NCBI GenBank assembly: GCA_028534125.1
Contig: CM052817.1
Coordinates: forward strand, 18,230,001 to 18,294,000
DNA: 64,000 nucleotides
From: Lama glama
Taxonomy: Eukaryota
Reading direction: 5' to 3'
Program-made: the position numbers and the translations under genes
Notes under the pieces: generated by a model
Seen by the model: the letters and a program-made list of their open reading frames with translations, nothing else
What the model was told of the DNA's origin: nothing
The model's database searches: none
In this document: positions 42,490 to 55,603 of the stretch, one piece after another
Numbering within the stretch: the stretch's first letter is position 1
Layout of the letters: the number at the start of each line of letters is the position of its first letter

Positions 42490-43072
42490 CTGTTGTGTTC
42501 ACTTTCCGTTGCTGCATGACGTTACCACAGACTTAGTGGCTTCTAACACCCATTTATTAGCTCTCGGTTCTGTACACCAAAGTCCAAGTTTGGTGTGGCT
42601 CAGTTTTCCGCTCACAAGGCTAAAATCAGTTTGCTGGCTGGGTTTTGTAGCTTGGGGGGCCTCGTCAATGCTCACTTGGTTGTGACCGAATTCAGTTTCA
42701 TGTGGTTATAGCATTGACGTCCTGTTTTCCGTGCTTGCTCTCAGCTCAGGGCCTGCTCTCCGTTTTGAGACGAGGCCCACTGTTCCTTGCTCCATGTGGT
42801 CTCCATCTGCAAAGGCAGCAGCAGAGAATTTCCCTTCTGGCAAAGCCCTCCTTTGCTTTGCATCTCTTGATTTCCTTTATCTCTCCAAATTCAAGAGGCT
42901 TAAGCTGGATAGTAATCTCCCTATATTAAGATCGACTGGTTTGGGGCCTGATTACACCTACAAAATCCCTTCATAGCAGCACCTAGATTAGTGTTTGATT
43001 GAATAACTGAGAGAAGATGTGTGTATACCAGGGCTGGGAATCTGGGGACCATCTTAGAATTCTGCCCACCAG
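42490..43072 (-). mobile_element. MLT1 (MLT1E/F-like) LTR about 70 nt downstream of the exon 11 donor
   Basis: gttaccacagacttagtggctt...catttattagctc...tacacctacaaaatcccttcatagcagcacctagattagtgtttgattgaataact...atcttagaattctgcccacca. Confidence 0.8.
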
Positions 43073-44419
43073 AGGCATAGGATATTTTCAGATATCACTG
43101 TTCAGAGGCCATTGTACACAACTGACTCAAGTCTCAGAACATAAACTTGTCTTATGAACAGTTTTCTATGTGAAATATAAAGGCATGAGCTTAAATATGC
43201 TTGAGCACAAAGAAATATTAAATATAACTGACAGGTTTTAAAATATTTGTTGCCACTTAGTGATTTGTTCTGTTCTGTGCTAGTACTTGCTGCAAACAGG
43301 CAGTATCAGATACTAAAAGTTTAAGAAAACGTCAGGAATTTGAAGGAAGAAATTATATTCATAACAGGTTTTTTTTTTTTTGTATAAAGTGGATATAGCC
43401 ACAGTGTATTGTCCAACCCGAGGACACCAGTGCTCAGTGAGACCTGTTACTATTGGCGATCTCTCTCTCTAAACCATCTTCTTCTTTGGAATAGATGGTA
43501 TTAAGTGACAGAAAAACTGGTATTAGTTTCTCATTTTGCCACTTAGTAGCCGTGTGGCCCTGAAGTCTGTTCTCATAAGAGAAATAAAACCAAAGGGAAT
43601 GGATTAGACACTCTGCATGAGCCTTGGTGACTGTCATGTGATTCTTCTGTCAACATCAGCCTCAAGTAATCATTTTTCACGCATAATTGTTTCATCTACT
43701 AGTGAAGGTGTATTTTATGATTAGCCAGCGATCATTATAACATATCCTAAGGAGGTAGCCCAAGGTTTGTGTCCTCATTGCCGCTGAAGAATCTGATGCA
43801 GCTTTGCTTGGTTAGCACTTTACAGTTAGCTTTTTTGTCTAGTCTTTGGAGTACAGCTATAGTTACCAGGAAGATGGCTTTACCGACAGAACTAATTGTG
43901 TGTGAGGAATGGGAATTAGGAGGGAAACTCTGGAGCTTTGCTGTCCAGGAGAGTTCTTTGCGTTGATGGAAATGTTTGGTCCTCATTTCAAAGAGCACTG
44001 TCAAAAATTCAGTTAGCTTATAAATATGAGAAGAGTTGATTCAAAAAACTTTTCTTCCTCTCCGTTTTAGTCTTTTAAGTGTTGAACCACCAGAATCCTT
44101 ACAAAATAATAATAAGAGCATTTACTCTTTACTGATATTTTATTGCCGCACACGTATGCTCCTTTAAACCTTACCTTGAGTTAGGTCTTGCTATACCTGC
44201 ATTAAATTTACAGGAATTCAACTACATATCACTATGGGAAAAATAGAAAAATAGGAAAATAACATAAATAGTGCATACAATTAAGTTGAACATTCCAAAA
44301 AATACATGCTCTAGAAAAAATGGGCGATCTTAAGGTGCACTGGACCATTATATACTCTAAATTTGACTTGTTAGGCAAAAGAAGCAGCATTTCAGTTTAT
44401 TATGTTTTGGAGTTAGGGT

Positions 44420-44590
44420 GTTAGAGCTAGAAGTAATATTAGAGATTAATTAAATTCTCTTACTTAGACAGGAAAATTGGGGTCTGGTAAAATTAAGTGA
44501 TTTGCCCACGGTTGTACAGCTGATTAACTGCAGGACCAGGACAGGAATCTAGGTCTCCCAGTGTAGATCAGTATTCTTTCCACACATTAT
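44420..44590 (-). mobile_element. MIR SINE, antisense
   Basis: ggaaaattgggg...aattaagtgatttgcccacggttgtacagctg...caggaatctaggtctcc. Confidence 0.7.
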
Positions 44591-45399
44591 TTAGACTTTT
44601 AGAAACTTGTTTTTGAAATACTTTAAACCTAGGTTAGAATTTCACATACAAAGCAGCCAAACAACACAGCAGAATAGAAAGTAAATTCATAAAATTTTAA
44701 CTAAATCAGCTTCTGGCTCTGGAAGCTAAGCAGCCTCACAGTGATATATGCTGTGTGATTAATGGACATCTTCTCCAAAAAGAAGCGTAGCAGAAAGGTC
44801 CCCACCAGTGATTGATTTCTGAGTCATTTCTTCTATCTAAACTGCCTCTTAACCTCTGTTAGCACTGTCCACCATCAAACTGTAAAAGCACTTAAAAATT
44901 ACGCAGTAGATGTGACTGTAGTAAATGAAAGCATCGCTTAAGACCTTATTTGCCCAGGGGATATTGTACCTTCTGAGAGCTTGGAGTGTATCAAAGACAG
45001 TCTTCACACACGTGTGTGAGTAAAGTGCGTAGAAAAGGCTGATTACATTTAGCCATCTAATATGTATATCTGAAATGTATTAAAATAAATACATGTCAGA
45101 AGCAATAAACATGCATATCATAACATGAATGTTAGTAATCATAGGTCATCCAAGGTGAGTAGTATTCGGTTCAGTCATTGTATAAATGTGGCTATAGTCC
45201 TTGCTGTGTGCTGGGTACTTGCTGATAGCTTGAGCTGCCAAGATGGAAGAGGCAAGTCCTGGCCTCCTTCCAGCTGGTGGATCATGATCATGTGTGTTCC
45301 TGCCCTTCTGTCTTCAGCTCTCTTCCTTCTCCCATCTTAATTTCTTTTGCCAGTTACTTTTTACCTTGAGTCCACTTTTCACTTCTTAGTCATTCCTTT

Positions 45400-46160
45400 C
45401 ATAGAGTGGACACTATTCATCTCAGGCACGATACATACAAAAATGAATAAAACATGATCCCTGTTGTTCAAGATCGACCAGCCTCCCTTCCTCCTCCCTC
45501 CCTCCCGTAATTATTAAATATGCACTCTGAGCTTGTCACTATTCCAGAGAATACAGAAATTAATAAGACTCCTTGTCCTCATAAGTTTCCTTTCTTCTGG
45601 GGAAATTGACCATAAAGAAGTTAATATAAAATATGTTAGGTAGTGGTAAGTTCTGAGATGCTAACTACGAGGAAAGAGAATGCTGCTTTTGGTAGGGCTG
45701 TTCAGGGTGGTGTCTCTGGAGAGGGAGCGTTTGAGCAGTGACCTGAGTGACATGGAGAGGTAAGCCGTGTGGAAATGGAGGGGAGACGATATGAGGCAGA
45801 GGGAATAGCAAGTGCAGCAGCCCTGAGGGGGTCACAAGATTGGCATGTGGCGGGGACAAGGAGGGGCTGTGGTGGGAAGAGGCAGAGAATAGCCAGACGT
45901 GCCGCGGGAGGGATAACCGTGGACCTGACCGTGGAGAGCATTGTGGACTTTGGCAAGGACTTCGGATCTGAGCCTGCGTATGGGAGGAAGCACCGCAGAG
46001 TGCTGAGTGAGGGAGTGTTGTGCCCTTATTGAGTTTGTAGAAACCACTTTAACAGCCAGCCGTGTAGAGGAGTAACCAAGGGGGAAGAACTAGAATGGAA
46101 GCTATTGTAACAGTTGAGGTAACTGCCTGGTGGGGCAGGAAGAAGGGTGAGTTTGAGGTA
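45400..46160 (-). mobile_element. L2 fragment(s), antisense
   Basis: tttgagcagtgacctgagtga, aggcagagggaatagcaagtgca...ccctgagg, gcaaggacttcggat. Confidence 0.7.
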
Positions 46161-46900
46161 TTTTGAAGGAATAGCTTGATCGCATTTACTCTGTGTTGGC
46201 TTTGGGGTTGTAAGCTTTAGTTTTCCAGTCCTCTTTATTTTTTCTTTCCACTGTAGAGAAGGGAGGAGGGGTATCACAAAGAAATAAACTTGTGAGAATT
46301 TATTGAATGTTTCCCCCCCAAAAAATAGCTCTATATCATTGCCTTTCACCTGCCATCCACTCCCCACCCTCAGCATCCTTCTCCTCTCTTTAAAACTTGG
46401 GAGAACTTATATTTTAGCTCAGTTATATTCTTTTCTTCCTTCATTAGGAAGCTATATTTAATAAATTTAATGACTGACAAAGGGAGTGCCAGTGATTAAA
46501 ATTCATCTTTTCAAATACATGATGTCAACTGTGATTTAGAAAGAAAAATTTTCAGTATTGAAACAACATGAAAGTAGGTGCATTAATTTTAAAAATCCAT
46601 AAAGTGCAAACATTTTCATTTCTCTGACAATTAAAAGAGGTATAACTTAAAAGTTATAATGTTTTTTAGATTCAAAGATGTCATTATCATGATTTATGTC
46701 AAAAATTAAACATTGAGTTTTGATAAGTTGTATTAAAGTAGTAATTTTGTTAAAATGCGTATAGAATTTTAACATCTCTCTCTTTTATATTTCGACAAAC
46801 AGTGGGAAGTTGTTTTGGTTAGAATAAATGAAGAATGTCTGCTGGTACCCTTAAGAACATTACTGATTTAAAATTTTATCTTTACCTCTGTCTCATCCAG

Positions 46901-47378
46901 GGAAGTGCCAGACACAGCTTCAGAATGTGACTCCTTAAATTCTTCCATTGGAAGGAAGCAGTCCCCTCCTTCAAGCCTTGAGATATACCAAACGTTGTCT
47001 CCTCGGAAAATATCAAGAGATGAGCTCTCTCTAGAGGATTCATCCAGAGGCGACTCGCCCGTAACTGTAGATGTCTCTCGGGGTTCTCCTGATTGTGTAG
47101 GTCTGACAGAGACCAAGAGTATGATCTTCAGCCCTGCAAGCAAAGTGTACAATGGCATCTTGGAGAAATCCTGTAGCATGAGCCAGCTTTCGAGTGGCAT
47201 CCCGGTGCCTAAACCTCGCCACACGTCGTGTTCCTCAGCTGGCAACGACAGCAAGCCAGTTCAGGAAGCCCCAGGTGTCGCCAGGATAAGCAGCATCCCC
47301 CATGACCTCTGTCATAATGGAGAGAAAAGCAAAAAGCCATCAAAAATCAAAAGCCTTTTTAAGAAGAAATCTAAGTGA
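46901..47378 (+). CDS. STIM2: STIM2 terminal coding exon (exon 12 equivalent): SxIP-like motifs and polybasic / di-lysine tail
   Basis: catccag| then EVPDTASECDSLNSSIGRKQSPP...SGIP (47193-47204)...SSIP (47289-47300)...KSKKPSKIKSLFKKKSK, stop TGA 47376-47378; frame closes exactly. Confidence 0.98.
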
Positions 47379-48314
47379 ACTGGTTGGCTTGATGGAATTC
47401 CATTCAAGTGGCATCTTTAAACTTTTATCTCCCACCCTTCACTCCTTCTGTTTTGTTTTAAGTTGAGGAATGTAATTCCATTGGGGCTTTCCAGACTGGA
47501 TGCCATAGTGGAATGTCCTTAAGGGCAACTGTCTACTGTCTGCTTATTTAAATGACTATATAATCAATTTGTCAAGCCAGTTATTACTGAAAAATCATTA
47601 AGAGATGAGACAGTTTACAGTCATTTTTGCCTATTTATTTCTGCTTTGTTGTTAGTGATGTATATACAACATTTTGTTGAAAGCCACTATGGACTTACAA
47701 GCTTTAATGGACTAGTAAGCCAGCATGGGCTTGCAAAAATTTCTTGTTTACCAGAGCATCTTCTTATCTTTCCACAGAGCTATTTACATCCTGGACTACA
47801 ATAACTTAAAAGGAGTAAAACTAATTGCACTACTGTTTTCCAGACTGGAAAAAAATCTCTGCGAGTGAAACTGTATAGAGTTTATAAAATGACTATGGAT
47901 AGGGGACTGTTTTCACTTTTAGATCAAAATGGGTTTTTAAGTAGAACCTAGGGTTTCTAACTGACTTGATTTCTGGAAATGAAAACCCACGCTTTTATTA
48001 TGGGAAGCTTCTCTAAATGCATTTAACATTATAAAGTTTCGAGTCCTGCTGTAAAGATCATGTTGTTTTGTTTTTCCCAGGGCTTTCACTGTGATTTTCT
48101 GCATTGCAGGCTGTATGATAAAATACAAATAATTTAAAGAGAGAAGGCTCTTGATTCCTTACCCAGGTGGACGAGTTAAAACCTGATTGAAGGACTTAAA
48201 ACATTCACAAGCTGATACTGAGGTGGGGAGAGGTGGGGATTCAGGCACTTGTTTACAGACTTAGTAACTGCAAAGGATTTATGGTTTGTGAAAAACTTGT
48301 ACTGTGGAAAAGAG

Positions 48315-48320
48315 AATAAA
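48315..48320 (+). terminator. Canonical polyadenylation signal AATAAA (candidate proximal site)
   Basis: AATAAA followed about 15-40 nt later by tgtgtgggactgtgctgatttttgttg. Confidence 0.5.
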
Positions 48321-48546
48321 TCGAAGACAATATTGTGTGGGACTGTGCTGATTTTTGTTGATAACACTCCACTAAAAACACTATGTTTTCTGGAGAGTCA
48401 TGTAAGCTGTCTGGTTGCATAATTGCAATATAGGAAATAGTGATGTGTTGGAAGTAAGTTGTCAACAAATCTCTTTCTATTTTATATTGTTTGTCATATT
48501 TTTATGTAGTTTGAAATGTTTAAATGTTCTAATATCAGAATTAACA

Positions 48547-48554
48547 AATATAAA
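48547..48554 (+). terminator. Variant polyadenylation signal AATATA/TATAAA (candidate distal site)
   Basis: U-rich upstream sequence; downstream GU-rich ttgtgttgttttaatttgt about 20 nt later. Confidence 0.45.
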
Positions 48555-49679
48555 TTTATGGTGCATTTAGATTGTGTTGTTTTAATTTGTAAAGTTTGGG
48601 GTTTGTTAAGATAGCTTATTATGATGGCAACTTTTACTGTGAACATTGTCACACAGAGCAACAAGGTACATTAACATCTGGGGAGTTTCTGCTTAAACTG
48701 CTTCTTTTGAAAATTCAGTTGAAATGATGTGGTTAATGCAATGTGGATGAACATCTGAGTGAACAACCGATACATACTAGCTAGAATGTTTTTTTAGCTT
48801 TATGCCTAAAATAATGCCCAGCCCAGTCTGTTTAGATGAAATTTGCTCCAAAGAAATACTTTATTAAGAAGATGTACCGTTTCCCAAAGTCTCCTAAATT
48901 CTGTGTACTTAAGTACTGCCCTTAAAACTGTTAAGGCCTTGAATGATATTTATATGCATAGGTATTCATGTATTTAATAGTGTTGTAAGGGAAAAAATTG
49001 ACATGAACATAGTGTTTTGGACTAATTACAAGCTACGTTAACCTGAAAGGTCAAGAGTTGAGTAGCAGACATTTAGGAAGGGGAAAATTATGCATTAAGA
49101 ATTGAAAAATGTTGTGGAAAGTTTCTTCAGAGTGAAAGGAAAACCTTATCTTCTTTCTCTTTCTTACAATCAGGCAGGCGTTCTTCCCTTTGAAAACTGC
49201 AAAAGAGATGAGAACTGCTTAGTTTGATGAACAGAAAAGGTAAAAGCCATGGGGCGTGGAGTGGTGCTGGGAGAAGGAATTGCTCTAGGAGTACCCAGCA
49301 AGGCCCCCACTTGTTCAGAGTTAGAAGGAATCCTGGATCAGAACCATCTGGACTCTGGAACTTGTGGTGGGTGATGGGAGAGGCTGGCCTAAGTAGAATG
49401 TGCGCTGTCTTATGTCAGGGAATGCATTGTTTGTGCTAAATTTCACATACTCGTTTATAAACAGATTCAACCAAGGGATATTTGCTACATTATGTAGCTT
49501 GTAATATTTACTTTGCATTGATACAATGCTCTGTTTTTGTAAATTTAACAGAAAAATAATTGGGGTTTGAAAAGCCACAGTAATTTCTGTGTCTCATCGT
49601 TTATACATGAAGAGTTGGATGTTAATATAAATTTTAAAAGTTACCCATTTGTTACCTTATTTTAACCTTATAAAGCTAT

Positions 49680-50800
49680 GCTATTTTCCTGATTTTAGAA
49701 GTAATTGTAAAAAATAATTTATGATAGAAAAATACAAAGAAGAAAAACAACAGCAAGCAGATCAAATTCTACCGCCCAGAATAATCGCTTTTAATATTTT
49801 GGTATGTTTTCTGCTAGATCATTTTCTATCTGTTGATATATATTTTACATAATTGAAGTCATACCATATGGTTTTATATGTATGTCTCTTCACTTAATAT
49901 AGTATGCACATTTCTCCAGCATTATTAAAAACTCTTCATGAACAACATTTTAATGATTGTATGATATGCCATTGAATTCATTTACCATAATCTTTTAAAT
50001 TACTATTGTATTATTAAGCATTAGGCTGTTTCCAAATTTCTGATAGGTGGAATAATATCATTTAACATTTATTAAGCACCCTGTATGCCAGGCACTGTTC
50101 TAAACTCTACTAGATATTTTCATTTAATCTCTACACCAACCTCGTAAGGTAGGTATGGTTTTTTGGTTTTTTGGGTTTTTTCTTTTTAATATCACCATTT
50201 TACCGATGAGGAAACTGAGCCCAGAAAATCAGTAATTTGCTGAGGGTCACATAGCTAGTAAGTGGTAGAACCATGTTGTTAACTTTGAAGTCTGCATAAA
50301 TTCTAATCAACATTCTGATTCCTTAGAATACATATATTTAGCAAAGCATAAAGGCTTTTAGTTTATGTGTATGCACATGTGTAAACATGCACACACACGC
50401 AGTCTCACATACACCTTGAGGGTGACTCATGTGAAAGTTCTTTCTCCATGTAGCCATGTTTGTTGTCCCCCCCCCCCATTTGAGTGTATGACTGACTTTT
50501 TAACTCATACCATCAATGTCTGAGTTACCATTTGGTTGAAACTTTGCTAATTTAATAGATTTTTTTTAAAATAGGGAAATAATGTCTGGTATGGATGGAG
50601 AGTTTTTTCATATTACATATTTTTCATTTCATTGAATTGTCTGTTCATGTCTTTTGCCCATTAAGTTCTTGTAGTCGTCATGTTTTTCTAAATCTTTTAC
50701 ATAGTCTTTCAAATGTACCTATTCTTGTATTCTTCATTTACCAACTAAAACCATGTTTTTTTTAAAATCATACACGTATTTTTCATGTTTGTTTTTAAAA
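49680..50800 (-). mobile_element. Old L1 (L1ME-like) antisense fragments with a nested antisense MIR at about 50055-50290
   Basis: T-rich L1 3' motifs; MIR taacatttattaagcaccctgtatgccaggcactgttctaa...gatgaggaaactgagcccaga. Confidence 0.65.
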
Positions 50801-52659
50801 AGTAAGGTGAAGAAAACCTACATTTAAGTTCGAGTCTTACTGATCTGGTTTTAGGTCTTGCATGACAGAGTAGATTTTTTCCCCAAAAAAATTACAGGTA
50901 AGAGACAATGAGAATCTGCTTAGTCCATTCTGCAGCTATTTAATAGTTTACCATGTACCAAGCATCATGCTAAACTCTGGAGGTACAGAGGGAACGTGCC
51001 AGGTACCTGCCCTAAGGAACTTGGTATCTAACAGAGGAGACAGATCAAACACACATCGTTATAAGGGCAGTAATAGAAATGTAAAGCAGATGCTGGGGAG
51101 AAGGGAGCTAATGGGGAGACAGATTATGTAGCTCAGAAGTATTAAGTGAAGGATAATTTAATGGTGCTAGTTTTCTGAGGACGTGAAGAGATTTGCTGTG
51201 GCTGAAGCAGAGCCGAGGGCAACAGAGTTTTAGGACTTCTGCTAACAACTAGTAGTCCGGTTCCAGCAAGTGCGCTTGCAGTTACTGAGTTCCAGCAAAG
51301 CACTTGGTAACAGCTGTGAGGATGCTTGTTTGGGGCTAAGTTGTTTACCATGGAAAAGCAGCATTTGCACAATCCCGCATAAACCCTGTTAGTGCTGATA
51401 AAAAATTGTCTACCCCCCAAGCTCACCCCCAGCCCTAAAACGGGGGAGTCTGTTGAAAGACATGCCTTCAGATTTACCCAGGTGGGCCTGATCCGATCTT
51501 GGATCAATTGGTATCGAGTCGGCTTCAGGCCAAGTTCCAGGATTTTGCCTCAGGCCAGTGACTGGGCTTTCCGGGCGTTATCTATGCATCTCTGAAGTGG
51601 CCCCCAAAGGGTCCTCTCCATAGCGATGTTTGCAGTAGGCCCAGCGAGGGAGGTCTCAGCCCAGATCCTGACTTATCAGCGAGCAGGGTTTGAGACAATG
51701 CCCAGGATCCTGTCTCGAGCTGGAGTTTTGACTGTCCCAGTCTCCATTATCCTTACGTTTCAGCCTTTACTGGCTATGTTGCAATGCTTCATCAGCTCCC
51801 AGAGTGAGGGAGCAGGCGGTGAGCTCATGGAGAGGCGTGCAGCCCGCCTCCCCTGGGTGAGAGCAGAGCGCGCGGGGACCCCAGTGCTCACCGTTCCGAG
51901 CCCTGGGCCTTCAGGCAGCCGCGGAGTTGCTGCTTCCCCTTCCCCTGTCCTGCCAAGGTGGCCTGGCAGGTTCTGTTTCTCTATAAAGCGAGACTCAAAG
52001 AAATTTTAACCTGGGTCAGAATTGTTCTTCATCTCTAGCTTCAGACAGCCACTTGTGGTTTCACGTGGCTGTGTTACATAGCAGCCATCCCAGTGTCTCA
52101 GGTCTGGCAAGAGTATCTCGCGTCTATTCCTACTGCCTCTTTAATTGCAGCATCTTAGTTCTAAAATGTCCACATGGGCTAATGTCCTACATGTGAGAGT
52201 GTTAACTTCTGAAATACTCTCACTGATCTCTGGTCCCCGGGTTGTGATGGCATCAGATCACTGAAGGGCACCAGCACTGAGGAACTGGAAAAGGTTTCTA
52301 CAATAAGAATGTGGCTTTTTTGTTTTATTTTTGAAATTCCAGCCATCCAAGTTTGATTCTTTCCCTTAAAAATCTATGAACCCTCAAGAAGTGCATCTGT
52401 AGCCAAAGCGTACAATGACAAGAAATTAAAAAAAAAAAAGTAAAAAAAAATTTTTTAGTTAAAAGAAAGGGAGGTTGGATGGGGTGGGGATGGATAAAAT
52501 GAAGCCTGAGTGCAACAGTGAACCAGAGGTTGCCTTTGACCTTTAACATAAAGGTAAGAAAAATGAACCTGGATATAGGATCAGGCACAGGACCTTGAGA
52601 AAGGAGAGGTGGTTGGGAGGGGAAAAGTGCATTTATTGTCAAATCACCAAATATTGCCC

Positions 52660-53300
52660 ATTTAATCCCTGAACATCTCAGCTAATGCTTCCACTGCCCT
52701 GGGGCCTTGCCGTCTTCATCTCTCATTTTATTAACTTTAAAGAGCTAGCTGGACCCGGCCCCACCATCCTTCCTCCACTTGTTGTGAGCTTGCTAAGCCA
52801 TAGGATGGATTTTCTCCAATTAAAATCTTTCTGTGCCTTTCCATTGCCTGTAGGATAAAATATAAACTTAGCACAAATTAGCAAAAGACCCTGGTGTTCT
52901 AAGCCCTGCTTACTCCTCCAGCCTCATGCTTCACGTTACGGACATTAGCTCGCCAGTTACACACAGCTCTGTGCAGCTTCCTCAGCAGGCCAGGCTGCTG
53001 CATTTGCCAGAGCGTCCTCTCCTTTCTTGGGCCACAAACTCTGAACCTTTAGCTCAGCTCAGGCATCTCTAGGAGGCAGTCAGTACACCCGCCGAAGCAG
53101 AGAGACCACTCCTGTGAGTGTACAGAACTTTGTATTTATTACAGCACTCATCACATCGCATGACGATGACCTGTTTACTCGTGTGCCCAATAAACCAAAC
53201 TGCTTGAGAGCAGGCACTCTGCCTTATCTCGCTTTGAAGTCCCAGGAACTGGAACTTCAGGCACTTAATACATCACATGCCTGAAAAATGGATAAATGAG
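52660..53300 (+). mobile_element. L2 3' fragment
   Basis: ccattgcctgtaggataaaatataaact...tgcttgagagcaggcac...ggcacttaataca...aatggataaatga. Confidence 0.6.
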
Positions 53301-53684
53301 TAACACGTTATTGCTGCCTCAAGTTTCAGACTGTTAAGGGCATTCACAAGTTTAATGATTTCTTAGAAGACAAGTACCCCATACAAATGAGCGCTGTATG
53401 GCCTTTTTTTTTTTTTGGTAATGCAGATTCAAGAAGGAAGAGATCAAGATGGCATGGAGTAACTAGTCTGTTTTCTTTGTGAATGTTTGGAGCTGCTTCT
53501 GAATCATGAGTGCTGTCTGAATAGGCCTCATAGGAACGGTGTCAGAGCGTTGGGTTCTTCCTTCTCAGGCTCCGTTGGCCCACCCCCGGCGCTCTACCCC
53601 CTCTCCCGACCTCAGCGTTTAGCCACTACTCCGCATACCTGGGAATTCATGTGATTCCTTGTATTATTAGCTCTTACTCTTTTC

Positions 53685-54130
53685 ATAATTATACAGTGAG
53701 AGCCTACGACGTGCTGAGTGCTGGGCACAGGACAATAACTAAGAGAAACGTAGTCCTTACTCCTTTGTCGAACAAATCCATAAATAATTACAGAAATGAC
53801 CGTCCTTGTTGTCAGTGCTGTGGACAAACAGTCACAGGGCCGTGTGAGTATGACTTAAAGGGCAGGAAGGGCCTTGCTGAGGGAGGGACATTTGTGCTCA
53901 CCCTGCAGAATCAGCAGGAAACAGACAAGAGTGTCCCTGAGTGGCCCAGGTGGTGGGAACAGGGCGTGGAGACAGACTCCCGGAGGAGAGGGATGGTGTG
54001 TGCTCAGGGAACTGACAGCCGATTCGAGTGAGGGAGCCGAGGAAGGGCCAGACTGTGCAGCACACTGAAGACTAGACTCCATCCTGAGATCAGTGGGAAA
54101 TCCTTGAAAGGTTTAAGCATGGGAAAAGGA
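53685..54130 (-). mobile_element. L2 fragment, antisense
   Basis: gagagcctacgacgtgctgagtgctggg...cagtgggaaatccttgaaaggtttaagcatggg. Confidence 0.6.
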
Positions 54131-54354
54131 ATCTTTTAATATTTATTTCACCTGTCTATTGCATCCAGGGGTAAACGCATTGGTTTGTACATCCTTACCT
54201 CCCCCCTTAGTGCCTGTTGCTAAGTCAGGTACTCAGTCAGTAGATAGCAGTTTGGCTTCCAAGTGGAGGGAGACAAGTGTAAGGGTGAGGATGCGCAGGG
54301 TATTTCTGGAGACTAGTGAGGACCCTGGAGAGAGCATGCGGAGCCGTGGGACGT

Positions 54355-54694
54355 GAGGTCAGCAGGGGCTGCCGCCACAGAATAACAGACTGCGGGCTTC
54401 AGCAACACACTTTCTTACAGTTCTGAGGCTGGAAGTTCGAGATCAAGGTGCCAGAAGGGTCAGGTTCTGGTGCCAGCCCTCTCCGTGGCTTGCAGACAGC
54501 TGCCTTCTTGCTGTGTCCTTCTCTGGCAGAGAGATGGAGAGGGCAGGGAGAACGCACAGGTCCTATCGGATCAGGGCCGGCTCTGTGATTTCATTTAACC
54601 TGATTTCCCTCCTCGTAGGCTCTATCTCCAAATAGTCACATGGAGTTTAGACCTTCCACATATGAACCTGGGGGGACGCGGTCAGTCCAGAACA
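54355..54694 (-). mobile_element. MLT1A-like MaLR LTR
   Basis: ttacagttctgaggctggaagttcgagatcaaggtgccag...ggcttgcagacagctgccttcttgctgtgtcct...ctatctccaaatagtcaca...cagtccagaaca. Confidence 0.85.
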
Positions 54695-55603
54695 GCCTTT
54701 ACACTGTGAAGCCATCACAATTGATGCTTAGGGGGCCGATCTTGGGAGCGCCTTTTTAATTCCAGGCTAGGGACTCAATCTACATTTTAAAAATATCTCC
54801 CAAGGGGGATCCTGGCTGTATCAGGGAACACTTACTACATCTCTGCGTTTTACTCCTAGCCTGTAAACCAAGGGCCTTCCCCACGTTTGGGAAATAGTTC
54901 ATTTTCTCCACTTTCTCTGAATCTTTTGTTGTTGTAGAATTCTGATTACAGAAATGTAAAAGAACCCATGATTTTCTAGGCCTGCACAGGAAAAGCAGCC
55001 GGCCTGTCAGTCTCTCCTGTGCTGGGCCTTGTCCTGCCACGACCGACCACGTTGGCTGGGTGGGAGCAGGCACGCCCACGTCCCCGCAAGCGGATTGCGA
55101 GGAGGGGAGGAAAGCGGGGAGCGCAGTGCTGACCTTGGGGGTTTTAACTGGACGGCATTCAGCTGCAAGTCATAGAAAACACAACTGAGCAATGGCTCCC
55201 AATATTAGGGCTTTAGTTTTCCCCGTAGTATTAGCGGATAAGAGGGACTCTTAAATCAGGAAGCCCACCACAGTGTGGGTCCTTGCCACTGGCTGTGAAA
55301 GAATCCATGCAGCACAGGCAGAGGGACGAAGTGAACGGCCAGGTTATTACTCAGAAGGGGAAATGGGAGGAAGGTGCTCGAGCAAGAAGGGAAGAGAGGC
55401 TCTCGAGCAGGGAAGGAAGTGCTGGAGCCAGGCCGTCAGCCAAGGCGCCAGTACAGATAGCCCTGCCCGACAGGCTGTGGGGCTTCTGTTAGAAGACTTG
55501 GCCATCTTTCTCTTCATTCCCACGGTGGTGATAGTTATTTTCTGCTACAGGCGCCTTCCTCCCTCAGAGCTCAGCCCTGGAACAAAAAGCAGTTAGCAGA
55601 AAC

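Larger units (their letters stand above)
47379..48575 (+). other. STIM2: STIM2 3' UTR (end approximate)
   Basis: AU-rich sequence after the stop with no recognisable repeats; AATAAA at 48315-48320 and AATATA/TATAAA at 48547-48554, each followed by GU/U-rich sequence. Confidence 0.7.

Noticed and set aside
42088..42519. 143-aa ORF overlapping exon 11 in another frame (likewise 33612..33821 and antisense 46868..47254)
   Set aside because: Shadow ORFs caused by GC-rich, stop-poor coding sequence; no independent splice or start evidence.
42422..46900. Orthologue of the primate STIM2.3 alternative exon
   Set aside because: I could not identify a matching exon in this intron; that isoform is described as primate-specific.
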